Assembly (NCBI GenBank): GCA_964035545.1
Contig: OZ037768.1
Location: 16,909,875-16,973,874, forward strand
Direction: 5' to 3'
Length of the DNA stretch: 64,000 bases
Source: Bugula neritina
Taxonomy: Eukaryota; Animalia; Bryozoa
Every line of letters starts with the position of its first letter. Positions within the stretch are counted from its first letter, which is position 1. The notes beneath the pieces were generated by a model, which had not been told where the DNA came from, searched no databases, and saw only the letters and a program-made list of their open reading frames with translations. Positions 37,501-49,552 of the stretch are shown in pieces. A program made the translations under genes and the position numbers.

Positions 37501-40500
37501 TGCTCTGGAACGTGATAGGTGAGATGGTCAGGGACACGAGTCTCTCTCCCGAGCATCAAGAGGTTTGGGGTCTCACCAGTACTGGTGTGTGGGGTGCTAC
37601 GGTATGCACGCATGACTTGCGGCAACACCGTATCCCATTCCTCTTGACCTCGTCCAAGGAGGAGACTCCGGAGTGCATTACCTAGCATCCGGTTGTTGCG
37701 TTCCACCACCCCGTTACCTTGAGGGTGGTAGGGGGTGGTCCTGCTCTGATTTACTCCCCAGAGGCGGCAAAGGTCGCTCATCAGTTGAGACTGGAATTGA
37801 GCGCCTTGATCAGAGTGTATCTGTTCGGGAAGCCCAAAATAACAGAATACATGTTGGTCTAGCGCCCTGGCCACTGTTGGGGCTGATGCATCTGGAATAG
37901 CCAGAGCATCCGCCCACCTAGTAAAGTGGTCGGTTAGTACTAGGATCCAATTATTTTCTCTGGGGGTCAGGGGCATGGGTCCGACCAGGTCTACAGCGAC
38001 TACTTGCCAGGGCCTACCAGCATATAGCCTCCGCCGTCCTGCTTCACCAGGGGGGCGGCTATGCTTACTGGCCTGGCAGATCTCACACTGTTTGACTCTG
38101 AGCCGGACGTCACGCTCCATCTGCGGCCAATACCACCGGAGTCGTAATTTGGATATCACTCGCTTGACCCCTGCGTGGGCCTGCTTGTGTGTATCCCAAA
38201 TCAACTCACGGCGGATGGCTGTGGGACAGACTACCCTCTTCCTTTCCGGGTGTCTGCCGCTGGCAGCTAGAGAGATGGTTAGCAACCCATCCTGCCCGAT
38301 CCGCAGCGAGTCCCAACGCTGACAGTATAGCCGGAACTCGGCGCATCCCTGTCGTATGCGTTCCTCGCTGGGTCGTCGCCCTTCCCTTTTGGCCCGGTAT
38401 ATGTCTGCCACGACTCCAGGCAGCTCTTCTTGGAGCTTCTTCAGCTCTCGAACATTACCGGCCAGTACAGGGTTGGCGCGGAGGTTTTGTACATCCTCCG
38501 GGGACTCATCAACTCTTTGCCTGAGTTGACCTTGATCCCAGTCAAACGGTGCTCCGTGATGAGCCAGCGTCTCCAACTCGCATCGTGGGGGACCTCCATC
38601 CCTCCTCTCGATGTTGAGACACTGTTTGCAACCTCCGTCAGGTCGGCGACTCAACCCATCCGCATTGCTGTGTCTCTTGCCCGGTCGATGTTCGATCCGG
38701 TATGAGAATTCAGCTAGGATTTCGAGCCACCGGGCGACCTGACTAGAGGGCTCTGCTCTCCTGCACAACCAGATCAGCGAGGCATGATCCGTACGCAGCC
38801 GGAACTTCCTGCCATATAGGTATGGTCTGAAGTGCTTCACTGACTTGATTACTGCCAGCAGCTCCTTGCGGGTAGTGCAGTAATTTCGTTCAGCGGGAGA
38901 GAGAGACTTGCTGTAGTAGGCTACTACTATCTCTCTGCCTTCCTGCACTTGTGACAGCACAGCGCCAACATTCTGGTCACTGGCGTCCGTGTCTAGGATG
39001 TACTCCAGAGTGGGGTCTGGGTAGGCCAAGATGGGCGCCGTTAGGAGGCAGCCCTTGAGGCGGTCGAACGCTTCTTGTTCGACTGGAGTCCACTGCCACG
39101 TCACTCCCTTTGCGGTGAGCCGGTTTAACGGCTGGGCTATGCCCGCAAAGTCTGGTATGTATTGCCTGTAATACCCTACCAGCCCCAAGAAAGCCCGGAG
39201 TCCGGTCAAGTCTTGGGGGGTGACCCAGTCTTCTACTGCCCGTACCTTTTCGGGATCCGTTGCCACGCCGTTTCGACCGACAACGTGCCCCAGGTACTTG
39301 ACCTCCGGCTGCAACAGAGCGCACTTGGAAGGTTTGAGCTTAAGACCGGCACCTCGGAGTCTCTCGAAAAAACCTCCTGCAGACGACTGACATGTGTCTC
39401 GAAGTCTGGAGAGATTACGATGACATCATCGAGGTAGACCAGCAGTGTCTTCCAATGGAGTCCGCTAAGGACTTGTTCCATCAGCCTCTGGAAGGTGGCT
39501 GGGGCGGAGGTTAACCCGAAGGGCAGCACCTTCCACTTCCACAAACCGTCCCGTGTGATAAACGCCGCTTTCTCTTGGGCGTCGGGACTCAGAGGAACCT
39601 GCCAATAGCCGCTTAGCAAGTCTAACGTACTGAAGTACTTGCTGCCGGCTAGGGCGTCCAATGACTCGTCAATACGAGGTAGAGGGTAGGCGTCCTGTAT
39701 GGTTACGCTATTGAGTTTGCGGTAGTCCACACAGAACCGCCAACTGCCGTCTTTCTTCCGGACCAGTACGACTGGCGAGCTCCACGCACTATGGGCGGGC
39801 TCTATCAGTCCCCGGTCCAGAAGATCCCGTACTTGTCGGCTAACCTCCTTCTCTTTCTCCGGCCCCAGCCTGCGTGTGGGCTGCCGGACAGGGACTGTCC
39901 CTGCAGTCAGCGGTATTTCGTGTCTGACAATTCCAGTCAGTCCCACGTCATGCTCTCCGCTGCTGAACACATCACCGTAGTCGCGTAGTAACTTAGCCAT
40001 AGCTTGGCGTTCTTTGTTACTCGCGCAGCCGCCACTGGCTGTTTTGTATAACTCCCGGAGATGTGTTGGGACGGCCCCCCGTCCCTGAATAGGGCACTGA
40101 GGGGGTGCCTCCGTCGCATCACCCAGCGACGGGCCTACGTCTCCCTCCTGAACAGAGTGAAAACGGCCCAGCATCGACCCAGCCGGGAGCTTGATAGGCT
40201 CGGTAAAGGGGTTGACACACTGCACTAAGATCTCCCCTTGCTCAGTCAGCTGATTCAGACTGCTGGCAAGTTGGATCTTTTCGTGCGCGCCTTCAACCAC
40301 CCCGGGTCCAGAGATCCGGCTACTATTCACCCTGCAGTGAATGGTAGCCCGGGAGCGGCCTGGTATGATACGGTTGCGTACCACTTGCACACCTCCCACT
40401 AAAGGGCGACCGAACTTGTCGACGCAGGCGAGTTCCCGCCCGGACATCATCATTGCAGATCTGCTAAAATCTATGTGACATCCGTGCCGTTTAAGGAACG

Positions 40501-43500
40501 GCATCCCGAGGATAGCATCCTCCTTGAGCTGACTGACGATGAACGTCTCTCGGATCGTTTGATCACGGACTCGCCCGTCAGCTCAATTATACCATAGAAG
40601 GGAAGGCACGACCCGTCAGCGAGGGTGCCGTATTCCCCTTCGTATGCTTCCATCTCGCCCCTGACCCTAGTACTGAGGGTGTCGAAGAGTTGGCGGCTTA
40701 AGAGGTTTTTGGTACAGCCCGAATCAATGAGGAAAGTAACAGCTTTGCCTTCCAGTTTACCGGGCAAGAAATAGCTGTTCCCATGGGGCTGCACCTGAAC
40801 TCTCCCTTCAGGCCTTACTCTCGCAGGGAGTACCTCCCTCGCTTTGGGTCGCGAAGGAGGTCTCTTAGGGCGGTGGTAGGTAGGCCTCGGGGGTGCCGAG
40901 GCTAGATTCTCAGCTACCTTTGTGGGCTCCCATCCAGATTCTTGGACTTGTAGCCCTGTGAATCTGTTGTGAAGGGGCATAGAAAAAGCAGCCGCGGGGC
41001 GAAGCCCCTTGCTGGTCCGTCGTGGCTGTTGCCACTGTTGGTTGCCAGTACGCGGTACCCGTCTGGGTGACCTGCGTTTCTTCTTCCCTGGAGGTTTCAT
41101 CGTCGGCCCGCGGAAGGTGGGAACATCTGCGGGCCGCGGTAGTTTAACCCCTGATTTAGGAAGGGACAATATCGGCGGAAATGTCCTTGATTTCCGCACT
41201 CCCAGCAAAAACTGACTGTTTCTCCCTGTGGCGGCGCCGATGGCCGCATGGGCTCAGGGGCGGTACTCACTGGGTTTTGTGGTGTCAGTGTTGCTATCAG
41301 CTTGGCTAGCATGTCCGTCAGTTGAGTGACTTTTGATGCCGTCGCCAACTGGGACACGGCAGCCGCGGCGGGGGTTTCCTCCCCTTGTCCCGCGGCCGTG
41401 TCTGCGCGGTCTATCTCCACTTGGCGGGAGCTTCCGCGACTTTTATGCATTTGATTAGCTAGGAGGTAAGCTTCCCCCTCAGTCAGAGCATCTTCAACGG
41501 TGGTGACTCCCCTAGCTAGAAACTGGTGGTGGAGACCCAGATCGTCGACAGATGCTATGAAAGCGTCGAGGGTGTACCTCTCGCGGTTGACTGGGGGCAA
41601 GTCGCTGTACGCGATCTGTGCCAGCTTCATGACCGCGGCGGCATGCTCCCGCAGCGGGGTGCGGGGATCACGCCGCAACCTCTGCAATCGGGCCCTGGCA
41701 TCTGTAGCAGAGAGGCCAAAGCGGGCCCGCAGAGAAGCAAAGATATTATCAATGTCTACACCCAGCCCGTAGGGCTTGGCTTTGTCCATCAATGCCATTC
41801 TAAGCTTCAGCAAGGCCACCCTAGGGGGCCACTGAGCGACGTCCATTACGTCGCTAAACTCTTGGATAAATTGTTCCACCTCCTCTTCACCCGTGAAGGT
41901 GGGCGCCTTTAACCTGTAGCGGTCTTCAGCTAGTTCTCGCGGAACCCTTCGCTCTTCTACTACATGGTTAACAGGCATTGTCTCTACAGCATTGTCTCTA
42001 CGCTCACCTTCGATTGCCGGTGGTTGAGTTCCAGCATTTTCAGTCTCCATCTTGGATGCACTATCCCACTGCTGCCACCACTGTTATGTTTTCCAGATTT
42101 AGGGTTGATGTGCTATCCAGAGAGTCTATTTATTTACTATAGAACTGCACCAGGATAAGTCGAGTGAACGAGTATATTTTACACACAATTATACATTACA
42201 AAAACGATACATTATTTCCAAACAAGTTACACATCTAATCTATTTCACACTCTAGCTTCGACTGAGTTAGCAGCGGGAAACTACAATTGCTGCTAACTAT
42301 CAACTACGCTAATTGGCTATCCATTGTTCCGGGTCAATCGCGCGACCCCACATGTTGTGCTGCTGGTAGTTCCACGAACCACCACAATACAATGTTTCCA
42401 CAATCACAATGACAATGACATGATGATGATGATGATGAAGGGGACAGAACAAATTGACAGCAACCTCTCGAAACCATTTGACAAACGAAGTGGCGTCAAA
42501 CAAGGCTGCGTCCTGGCACCAACACTCTTTCGTATCTTCTTTGCCATGCTCTCAAAGCACGCTTTCGGTACTTCACCAGAAAGGGTCTACCTACTAACAA
42601 GATCTGACGGTAAACTCTTTAACCTGGACTGACTTAGCCCAAACAAAAGTACGTCAAGTTGTCATCAGAGACATGCTGTTTGCTGATGATGCTGCTGTCG
42701 TATCTCATGCAACAAGAACTGCAGACGCTCATTAATACATTTTCCCACGCTTGCTAAGTCTTTGGGTTGCCCATCAGCTTGAAAAAACCAATGGTGTAGG
42801 ACAAGACACATTGGCACCACCTGCCATTGCATTAGGCAACCTCGAGCTAGATGTCATCAAGGAGTTTACTTACCTCAGCTCCATTATCGCCGGAAACTTC
42901 TTCATTGACAGTGAGATCAGCAAAAGGATTGGAAAAGCAGCAACAACCATGGCCCATTTTGCAAAATGCTTCTGGAAAAACACCAAGCTGACTGTGTCCA
43001 CAAAGATGACAGTTTGTGATGCCTGTGTTGTCAGCACCTTGTTTTATGGCAGTGAAACTTGGACCACATATGCCAGTCAAGAGAAGAAGCTTAACACTTT
43101 CCACATCCGTAGCATTTGTCACATCCTGGAAATCACATGGCATGACTGAGTGATCAATGCAGAAGTTCTTTTGCAAGGTAGTCTTTCTAGCGTGTTTGCC
43201 CTGCTCATGCAACGCAGACTGCGCTGGTTTGATCATGTGCGATGCATGGACGAAGGGCGCATTCCCAAAGACATTCTTTATAGCGAACTAACCAGCGGTA
43301 GCCAGAGTCGGTAGCGACCTTGGCTGCACTACAAAAATGTCTGCAAGAGGAATATGACAGCTATCGGCATAGAGACAGCTTCCTGTGAGAATGTCGCATT
43401 CGATTGCACGAGTTGAAGGAGCAAACTAAAATACCATCTCACAGCGGGGGAAAAAACTTCTCAGTGCAGCTATTGAAAAGACGGCACACAGGAGGGCTTA

Positions 43501-46500
43501 GGCCACCACCGACAGACCGGAGTCCACTTACAAGTGTGACCTTATAAATATAAAATAATGTAAAAATTAAATATATTTATTTTATAATAAAATTAGATGC
43601 AATTTTAATTTTATCAATCAAAGTAATTGACAACTCTAAATAATGCTAATAGTTATACTTATGGTAATACTAGTAGTAATAATAGTAACTGTAATACTAA
43701 TAGTAATACTAATTAATACTAACAGTTTAAGCTTAACCTTTAGTTTGATGCTAATAGTAATAGTAATACTCATAGTAATACTAATACTAATAGACACAGT
43801 AGTAGCAATAGCCCATAATAAATCTAATAATGTTGCTATTAGTATCAGCATTACTATTTATTTGGCTACTATTACTATTAGTACTACTATTGTTAATACT
43901 ATTAGCATTACTGTTGCTATTACTATTGTTATTACTATTACTTTTAGTAGTACTAGTAGTGTATTTAAATGAAGTGATAATTGTGGTCATACTGCACAGG
44001 TACCCCTTCCCTAGAGAGACAAACTTAAAAGCTGTGCCTTATATCCGTAATATGTTGGACAGTCATTGGGCGATTGTTATGTGGTTAGTGCTAGTTGAGC
44101 AGTGTCAACCCTACAGGAGCTTTAATGCTGTTTATAGAGATTATGGTCCTGGACCATTGGTTTGCTCCTGGTTGTGTTTAATTTTTTGGTATCTGATAGT
44201 CTTTGGGAGAAAGCTGTTCAGCCTCAAGCACTGAGTATCATTAGCCCCCGCTGGTTAGAGCTGTTCTATGCTTGGAAGCAAGTCTGCACATTACTCGCAG
44301 TTTGTTTGTTTAGCATATAACATGGCCTCATACGTAGAGCCGAGAGCCAGATGTTGCTTTTTACCAAAATGTTCAAAATGATACTAATGCGTCTATCTTT
44401 CTTCTCTGTTAAAAGGGCTGTAGGCAGAGTTTCTTCATGGCGCTTGTGTTATCTTCATGACCTTTGATATTGGTTATGAAGCACACAGCATCTACTTTCA
44501 TCTTCACCATGTTAGAAATATCCTTCTTGCAGGGTGTCATTCCAGATAGACGATCCCAGATAGACGATCCCAGTTAGACGGCCAACTTTCAGTTAGACGG
44601 CCAACTGCCAGTTAGACGAACTCCAGTTCGATGGCCCCAAATGTTTCTATCAAATATATGTGCAGATGGTATTTAAATATAGTGGACTACTTTGAAATTG
44701 AATGATAGTAATGCAGAAGAATAATCTAAAACAATTATATTATGTTAAGATATTATTTAAAAAAATTAGGCATCTTATAGATATGGCTTCAGTCGTATTA
44801 TGCATATGGCTTCAGTTAGACACCTGTGCACATGGATTCACATGAAATCAAAATAAATGCAACTTAATAACAAATATTATTGATTTCTTTTAATTTTTAA
44901 TGTTTTTTAAATAAACTTAAAAGTCGTCTAAATGAAAATCGTCCAGTTGGGGGGTCATCTATGTGGAATATATTAATAGTCATCTATCGGGCTCGTCTAT
45001 CTGGACTGAAACCCTTGCAGTTGGGTTCCAAGCTACACTGGCATACTAAAGATGTGGTAGACACATTTATATCTTGCATATTTGCTTGGATTTGTGTCTC
45101 ACAAGAGAGGCCTTTTCTAAATATATGTTGCTTAAGATGTAATAGTGTGATAGTGTAATACTTGAATTTAATACTATTAGTAATAATAATAGTAATATTA
45201 ATAGTGAATAAGTAATACTAATAGTAAATAAGTAATAGTAATTCCAATAGGATTACATTTGCTGTATTAATAATAATAAACTTATACTTTTATTGGCAGT
45301 AGTAATAGTAAAACCCTAACATAAACTTTAACTTATAGTTAGATTACAATTAATTTTATTATCTATTAATCTTTAATTTTCAAGTTTTAGATATTATAAT
45401 AATAATTACTAAACTATTGCTATAGCTATAAGTCTTAAATTAAGAGGTAAGAGCTAGAGGTGGGTCAGGTTTAAGGCTATAAATTTACCTTTTGTGATAT
45501 ATTGCCAATGTTGATATAATCAAATTAAATATTGACATGATTATAACATTTGTTTATTAATGTTGCAGTATTACATTATATCAACATGAATGGTAATAAT
45601 ATGCTTATGATGGAATATCATTATTGATGTTAATAAATAATTATATAATAATATCAACAGGAATGTGATATAAATGTGTGTTCTACTAATTAATAATTAT
45701 AATACGCCTTTATCCTGCTTCGATATTTTGTTATAATTATAGTTGAATGCCTTGATGGTTTCTTGTACTGTTGGAGCATGCACACTTTAAAAACCACTAC
45801 TTAGTACACATTATTTTTAAAATAATGTTTCAACTGGGATATGTCATTAACTTTTTAAATCGAAGTTTTAGCTATCACACTATATATCTGGCGTTCCCTG
45901 ATTTGGAATTGAATTTTTTGGCTAAATTTAGCATCTAGGATCAGTAGTGGAGAAAATGAGATAGCCTAAACTCTTTAAAATTTTATCATTAAATTTTGGT
46001 TTGGGCCTTGGGTTGAAATTCTCCGAGAAGATAACTTCTTTTGCTACATTTATAATCTAGAACACAGGCTTTTCTCAATGTCTCCAATACTGCACCTACC
46101 TCTATTTTAGTTTCAATCACTGTGATGTTGCAGCACTACTGACTTGTGGAGTCAACATAAGCAATCAGCTGACTTAAGTTCCGCACTAGGAATGAAGCAT
46201 GGTGTTTCAGATGGCTCATTCCTCCAAGCTAAGCAGCTAGAATTTCTTCAGAAGCAGATGGTTCAACAAATTTCTGGTTTAAAAGTAGACAAGTTGTGAG
46301 ATTTCATTTTGTCATTTATATTGAAAAACTGCCTTCTTGTCCATTTAGATTTTAAACATGTATATTTGAAGTTCACTGGTACAGTGGTACTGATTGTCAA
46401 GTTCATGTCACTGACTATATTCCATATTGGCAACAAAAATTGCAATTGCTGTAATATTTTTAGCCAAGCGGTGTTTTTCAAAGTAATATGAGATCAAATC

Positions 46501-49336
46501 TTGGCCTAGGTCTCACTGGCATGGATGTTGCAGTGTTTGTTTAATGTTGAGATGAATTTATTTTGTAGAGGTTCATTGTCTATTGGCGATTATGACGTTT
46601 CACAAAATGTAGTTGTGCTCCGCCAGTTAAAAGTAAGCCAATATGCTATGTCATTGTTGTTTCTTCGTAGTATACTTGTTGAAACATTGAAATATGTGTA
46701 TCAATGTAGTTGGATGTACATATACGAGTATTAGATTAACATAGTTGTGCATGCAGTCAAGTTTATGGTCTGTATGGAGTGGAAAAATTCAACAAATATT
46801 TTAAGTTTTCTTAGATAAGATAACAGTTGAATAAAATATTTCAACTTGCCTAAGAGTCCAGCATAATACTGTTTCAGTTTTATTTTACTGTCTAACTAAA
46901 CCCAACTTGAAGTTTTGGTTGTTTAATGCTTTCGTAGTCGTCTTTTGTCAAATTATGGTCTTTTTTGGAACGAAATTTTACTGCCATCAAACTTTTTATT
47001 CTTGGGTTTATGATTGATTTTTTAAAATTCAAGAAAAAAAGTTAATTTTTTTTAATTTTTATTTTAGAAAATGTAATCATTACAAAAATACTTTTGACTC
47101 TGTGATAGTTGGGAGATAAAAGTCAATTAAAGCGGTTCCATCATCAAACTTCAATTTTATCTTTTGGTTTGAATTTGGAAGTCAATTTATTTCTAGAATA
47201 GGTTTCAACTGGAGGTAACTGTAGTAATGGAGAAATTACAAAAAGCCTGTGTTCTAGATTAGAAATGTAGCAAAAGAAGTTATGTTCCTGCAATAATTTC
47301 AACCTGCCCCACAAACCAAAATTTAATGAAAAAATTAAACAACTTGGGTTGTTTCAATTTCTCCCCTAATGCTCCTAAATGGTCAACTGCCTAGCTCACA
47401 AACTCTCTTAGATTAGTTCCTATCACTATATTTTTTGCATAAGATGAGTTCAATCAACAAACACCATCCGGATTTTTTAGTGGATCAATATACATGTACA
47501 GTCTGTTGTGTAAAGCTGCTCTGCTCAATTCTACATGTTTGTATATTTGAAGTATAAAAATATAAATATATGTCGTGTTGGTTACAGAACTTACTTTATT
47601 ATTGTGATCATGCAGTGCTTAAAACCGAGACTAAACTAAAAATATTTCATTAGAGAAAAATTACAATTTGTGAGTAACACTCCATTTGTTTTCTATCAAT
47701 TTATTTGTATGTCTTAATTTAAACATTTGCTGTGATTTTTCATCTTTTAAATGTGTTTTAGGGAAAAATTTGGTCGCACTGTGGAAACACAATTAACAAT
47801 AAAATGCTTTTATATCCAGAGGAGGCATATTTTCTCATGGATATGTCCGTACTTCGTGTGTACCTGGCTGGGTGCCCACTAAGTCTACAAGAAGCATCGC
47901 AGTACTTTTTTCAAAATGCTTGGTGCACATTAAACCACTGTCTGGTTTACAGTTACCTTAGCCGACTCGGTTACATCATCCGCAGGTTAGTTCTATACTT
48001 GTGTTGTAGCAAGTAGCTATATTGTGTTAAATAGTTGGTTGCAGAAGAAAAATTTAAGCATTATTTTATTACACTTCCTTTTCCATTTAACTCAAATCTG
48101 TAGATCTTTATGGTTTTCCACTTTTTAGAATGCCACAGACCAATCACAGCGCATCAAAAGAGGAATACCTAACATTACCTGCGCACAAGCGTAAGCAGAG
48201 TTTTGAATTAAATGAACCAAAACCAAAATCTGTTAGGTCAGCAGAAGAGCCAGACAATGAATTAGAGAGCAGCATGTTAGACAGGGTGTCTGGTGATACT
48301 CAAGTATTGAGCGAGAATAGTGGGATGAATGAGGCATTTCCATGTCCGGCTGTTCCAAAGGATTGTCAACTTTCTCCGTCAAAAGACTTTGACTATAGCA
48401 ACATAGAATTTCCAGCTTCTGGTGGAATGAGAGTCAAGTCCAACGAATATACTTGTAGTGATGACTTTCTTCCCGACACTGAAAGCTCAACAACTAGCAA
48501 TCTTGAGCACCATTTTGATTATTTTTCTTTATTGGACTTTCGAGAGACAAAGCGTGTTTCAAGGACCACCTCGTGGCCAGATTTTAAACTTGCACATAAA
48601 ACACGACTTGAGGAGTTGCATGGCCCACACTCAAACGACCGGCCCTTGGTAACCTCCAATGTTCATTCTTTGGATAGTGTTGCGAATGTGTTGGACTGCC
48701 TGCGACTAAGCTGTACTGAAACGATGAAGTCTTTAGCTAAAACTGTGTGAGTTTCTGTAGAATGCATTCTTGTCTGAGACACACTCGGCTAACTAGTTTG
48801 TACTACTTGCAGTAACTTGAGATTATCATTACTGAAAATTGTTATTTTATACTTGTTGTTCTGTGTATCTTGATGTGATGTTTTAGAAACAATGAGAACA
48901 ACCAACTTGTATTTGATGTCTACCAACCCACCCCAAACTTTCGTAAATCTGATCCTGGAAAACCACTTTTCCGAGCTTTAGTTATCGAGTAAGTACTTTG
49001 TAGGTTATAAATATTGATCTTTTATTGCAACACACCCTAAGGTGTTAACAGGCTTATTGAGGATAGTAAATGCTGCTACTAAAAGTTATTTTCCGATAGA
49101 CAAATTTTGATGGCTAATATCTAAAGTGTATAAATAGTATGTCATGTGTGTTTAGGGCAGATGATGAATTTCCAAGTTTAGCTAGCCTGTGCTCCCTTAC
49201 ATCAACAGAAGACGATGTACCTTTTTATTATGCTATATGTGACTGTGGAGACATCACTTTCTTCTCTCACACGCAGGAGAACATTAAACCAGATTTATAC
49301 GATGCTTGTAAAAGGAATAAAAAAAAAGTTACCTAG
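34522..49336 (+). CDS. TSEN54: tRNA-splicing endonuclease subunit Sen54; exons 34522-34571, 46134-46295, 46569-46632, 47762-47985, 48129-48746, 48887-48988, 49156-49336
   Basis: GKIWSHCG...LLYPEEAYFLMD...PLSLQEA...VYSYLSRLGYIIRR and C-terminal FDVYQP...FRKSDPGKP...GDITFFS are Sen54 motifs. Exon 1 (phase 2) joins exon 2 in frame across an 11.6-kb TE-filled intron; the exon 1 assignment is inferred. Confidence 0.88.
34880..35184 (-). repeat. 3' LTR (polypurine tract GGTGGGGGCGG at 35185-35195)
   Basis: Direct repeat of 42082-42386; AATAAA on the minus strand near 34930. Confidence 0.96.
35472..36259 (-). CDS. Retrotransposon ORF3 main exon: C2H2 zinc finger, second Cys/His cluster, Arg/Ser/Pro-rich tract and coiled coil; probably expressed by splicing
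   Basis: 788-nt open frame between pol and the PPT, preceded by the acceptor ACTTTTTCAG. Motifs are CQICGEDCASHRSLKLHVNAH, CPCG...H...C, KRRTRSPSPPLRRRRTPSP and C-terminal heptads. The frame has no early ATG of its own. Confidence 0.72.
36574..41142 (-). pseudogene. pol: Gypsy pol (protease, RT, RNase H, integrase), broken by three frameshifts at ~40572, ~39370 and ~37190
   Basis: FLIDSGC (protease); YLDD (RT); ILDTDAS...RKELLAV (RNase H); HKQAH...CEIC zinc finger, VAVDLVGP/HSDQG/VERNNR (D,D,E) and GPY module (integrase). The domains are spread over four ORFs in the track. Confidence 0.95.
41097..42050 (-). CDS. gag: Gypsy gag, 317 aa
   Basis: Intact ORF starting just after the PBS, with a capsid-like LKAPTFTG...FIQEF region and the zinc knuckle CWECGNQGHFRRYC. 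Confidence 0.93.
   Translation of the reverse strand: METENAGTQPPAIEGERRDNAVETMPVNHVVEERRVPRELAEDRYRLKAPTFTGEEEVEQFIQEFSDVMDVAQWPPRVALLKLRMALMDKAKPYGLGVDIDNIFASLRARFGLSATDARARLQRLRRDPRTPLREHAAAVMKLAQIAYSDLPPVNRERYTLDAFIASVDDLGLHHQFLARGVTTVEDALTEGEAYLLANQMHKSRGSSRQVEIDRADTAAGQGEETPAAAAVSQLATASKVTQLTDMLAKLIATLTPQNPVSTAPEPMRPSAPPQGETVSFCWECGNQGHFRRYCPFLNQGLNYRGPQMFPPSAGRR
41104..41148 (-). promoter_or_regulatory. Putative -1 ribosomal frameshift signal between gag and pol
   Basis: G TTA AAC heptamer (41148-41142), a 5-nt spacer, then the 8-bp stem CGGCCCGC/GCGGGCCG. pol is in the -1 frame here. Confidence 0.7.
42063..42080 (-). promoter_or_regulatory. Primer-binding site complementary to the 3' end of tRNA-Leu
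   Basis: TGGTGGCAGCAGTGGGAT lies 1 nt inside the 5' LTR and is complementary to the metazoan tRNA-Leu(AAG/TAG) end ATCCCACYGCTGCCACCA. Confidence 0.8.
42082..42386 (-). repeat. 5' LTR
   Basis: Direct repeat of 34880-35184. Confidence 0.96.
42436..43542 (+). mobile_element. 5'-truncated, degenerate RTE-clade LINE (RT C-terminal part)
   Basis: SGVKQGCVLAPTLF, TRSDGKLFNL, MLFADDAA, RIGKAATT, YGSETWT and LRWFDHV motifs, with stops and frameshifts. Confidence 0.9.
44533..45013. mobile_element. 481-bp MITE with subterminal tandem repeats and a 7-bp flanking duplication
   Basis: Ends GGTGTCATTCCAGATAGACG / CGTCTATCTGGACTGAAACC; CTTGCAG at 44526-44532 and 45014-45020; repeated CAGWTAGACG units. 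Confidence 0.8.
45933..46101 (+). mobile_element. ~165-bp MITE, copy 2 of 3, ending ~30 bp before TSEN54 exon 2
   Basis: Homologous to 27179-27347. Confidence 0.75.
47213..47381 (-). mobile_element. ~165-bp MITE, copy 3 of 3
   Basis: Reverse-complement homology (AAAGCCTGTGTTCTAGAT..GAAATGTAGCAAAAGAAGTTATGTTC) to 27179-27347. Confidence 0.72.
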
Positions 49337-49552
49337 AACTGTCGTTTCAAAATAATAAATTTGGGAATTTTCACTATCACAGAAATAGACTGTTGCTTTG
49401 CTTTATAATTCACATAATTTATTGCAAACCTAATCAGTAAAAATATTAGCCTAAATTCCATCATTATACATCACGGCCAACACAATTACAGCCTCATTGT
49501 ATTACATGTCAATTCATTGTACAGCTTCATTTCCTAGTATTGCAGTTTAAGA

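Larger units (their letters stand above)
34880..42386 (-). mobile_element. Full-length Ty3/Gypsy LTR retrotransposon (7507 bp), antisense within TSEN54 intron 1
   Basis: 305-bp LTRs (TG...CA) with one mismatch seen; TSD ATAC at 34876-34879 and 42387-42390; PBS and PPT present; gene order gag, PR-RT-RH-IN. Confidence 0.97.

Noticed and set aside
35500-42158. Many plus-strand ORFs inside the Gypsy element
   Set aside because: They are antisense shadows of GC-rich coding sequence, with no recognisable domains.
43636-44234. Hydrophobic Ile/Val/Leu-rich ORFs resembling membrane proteins
   Set aside because: Translations of degenerate triplet repeats.
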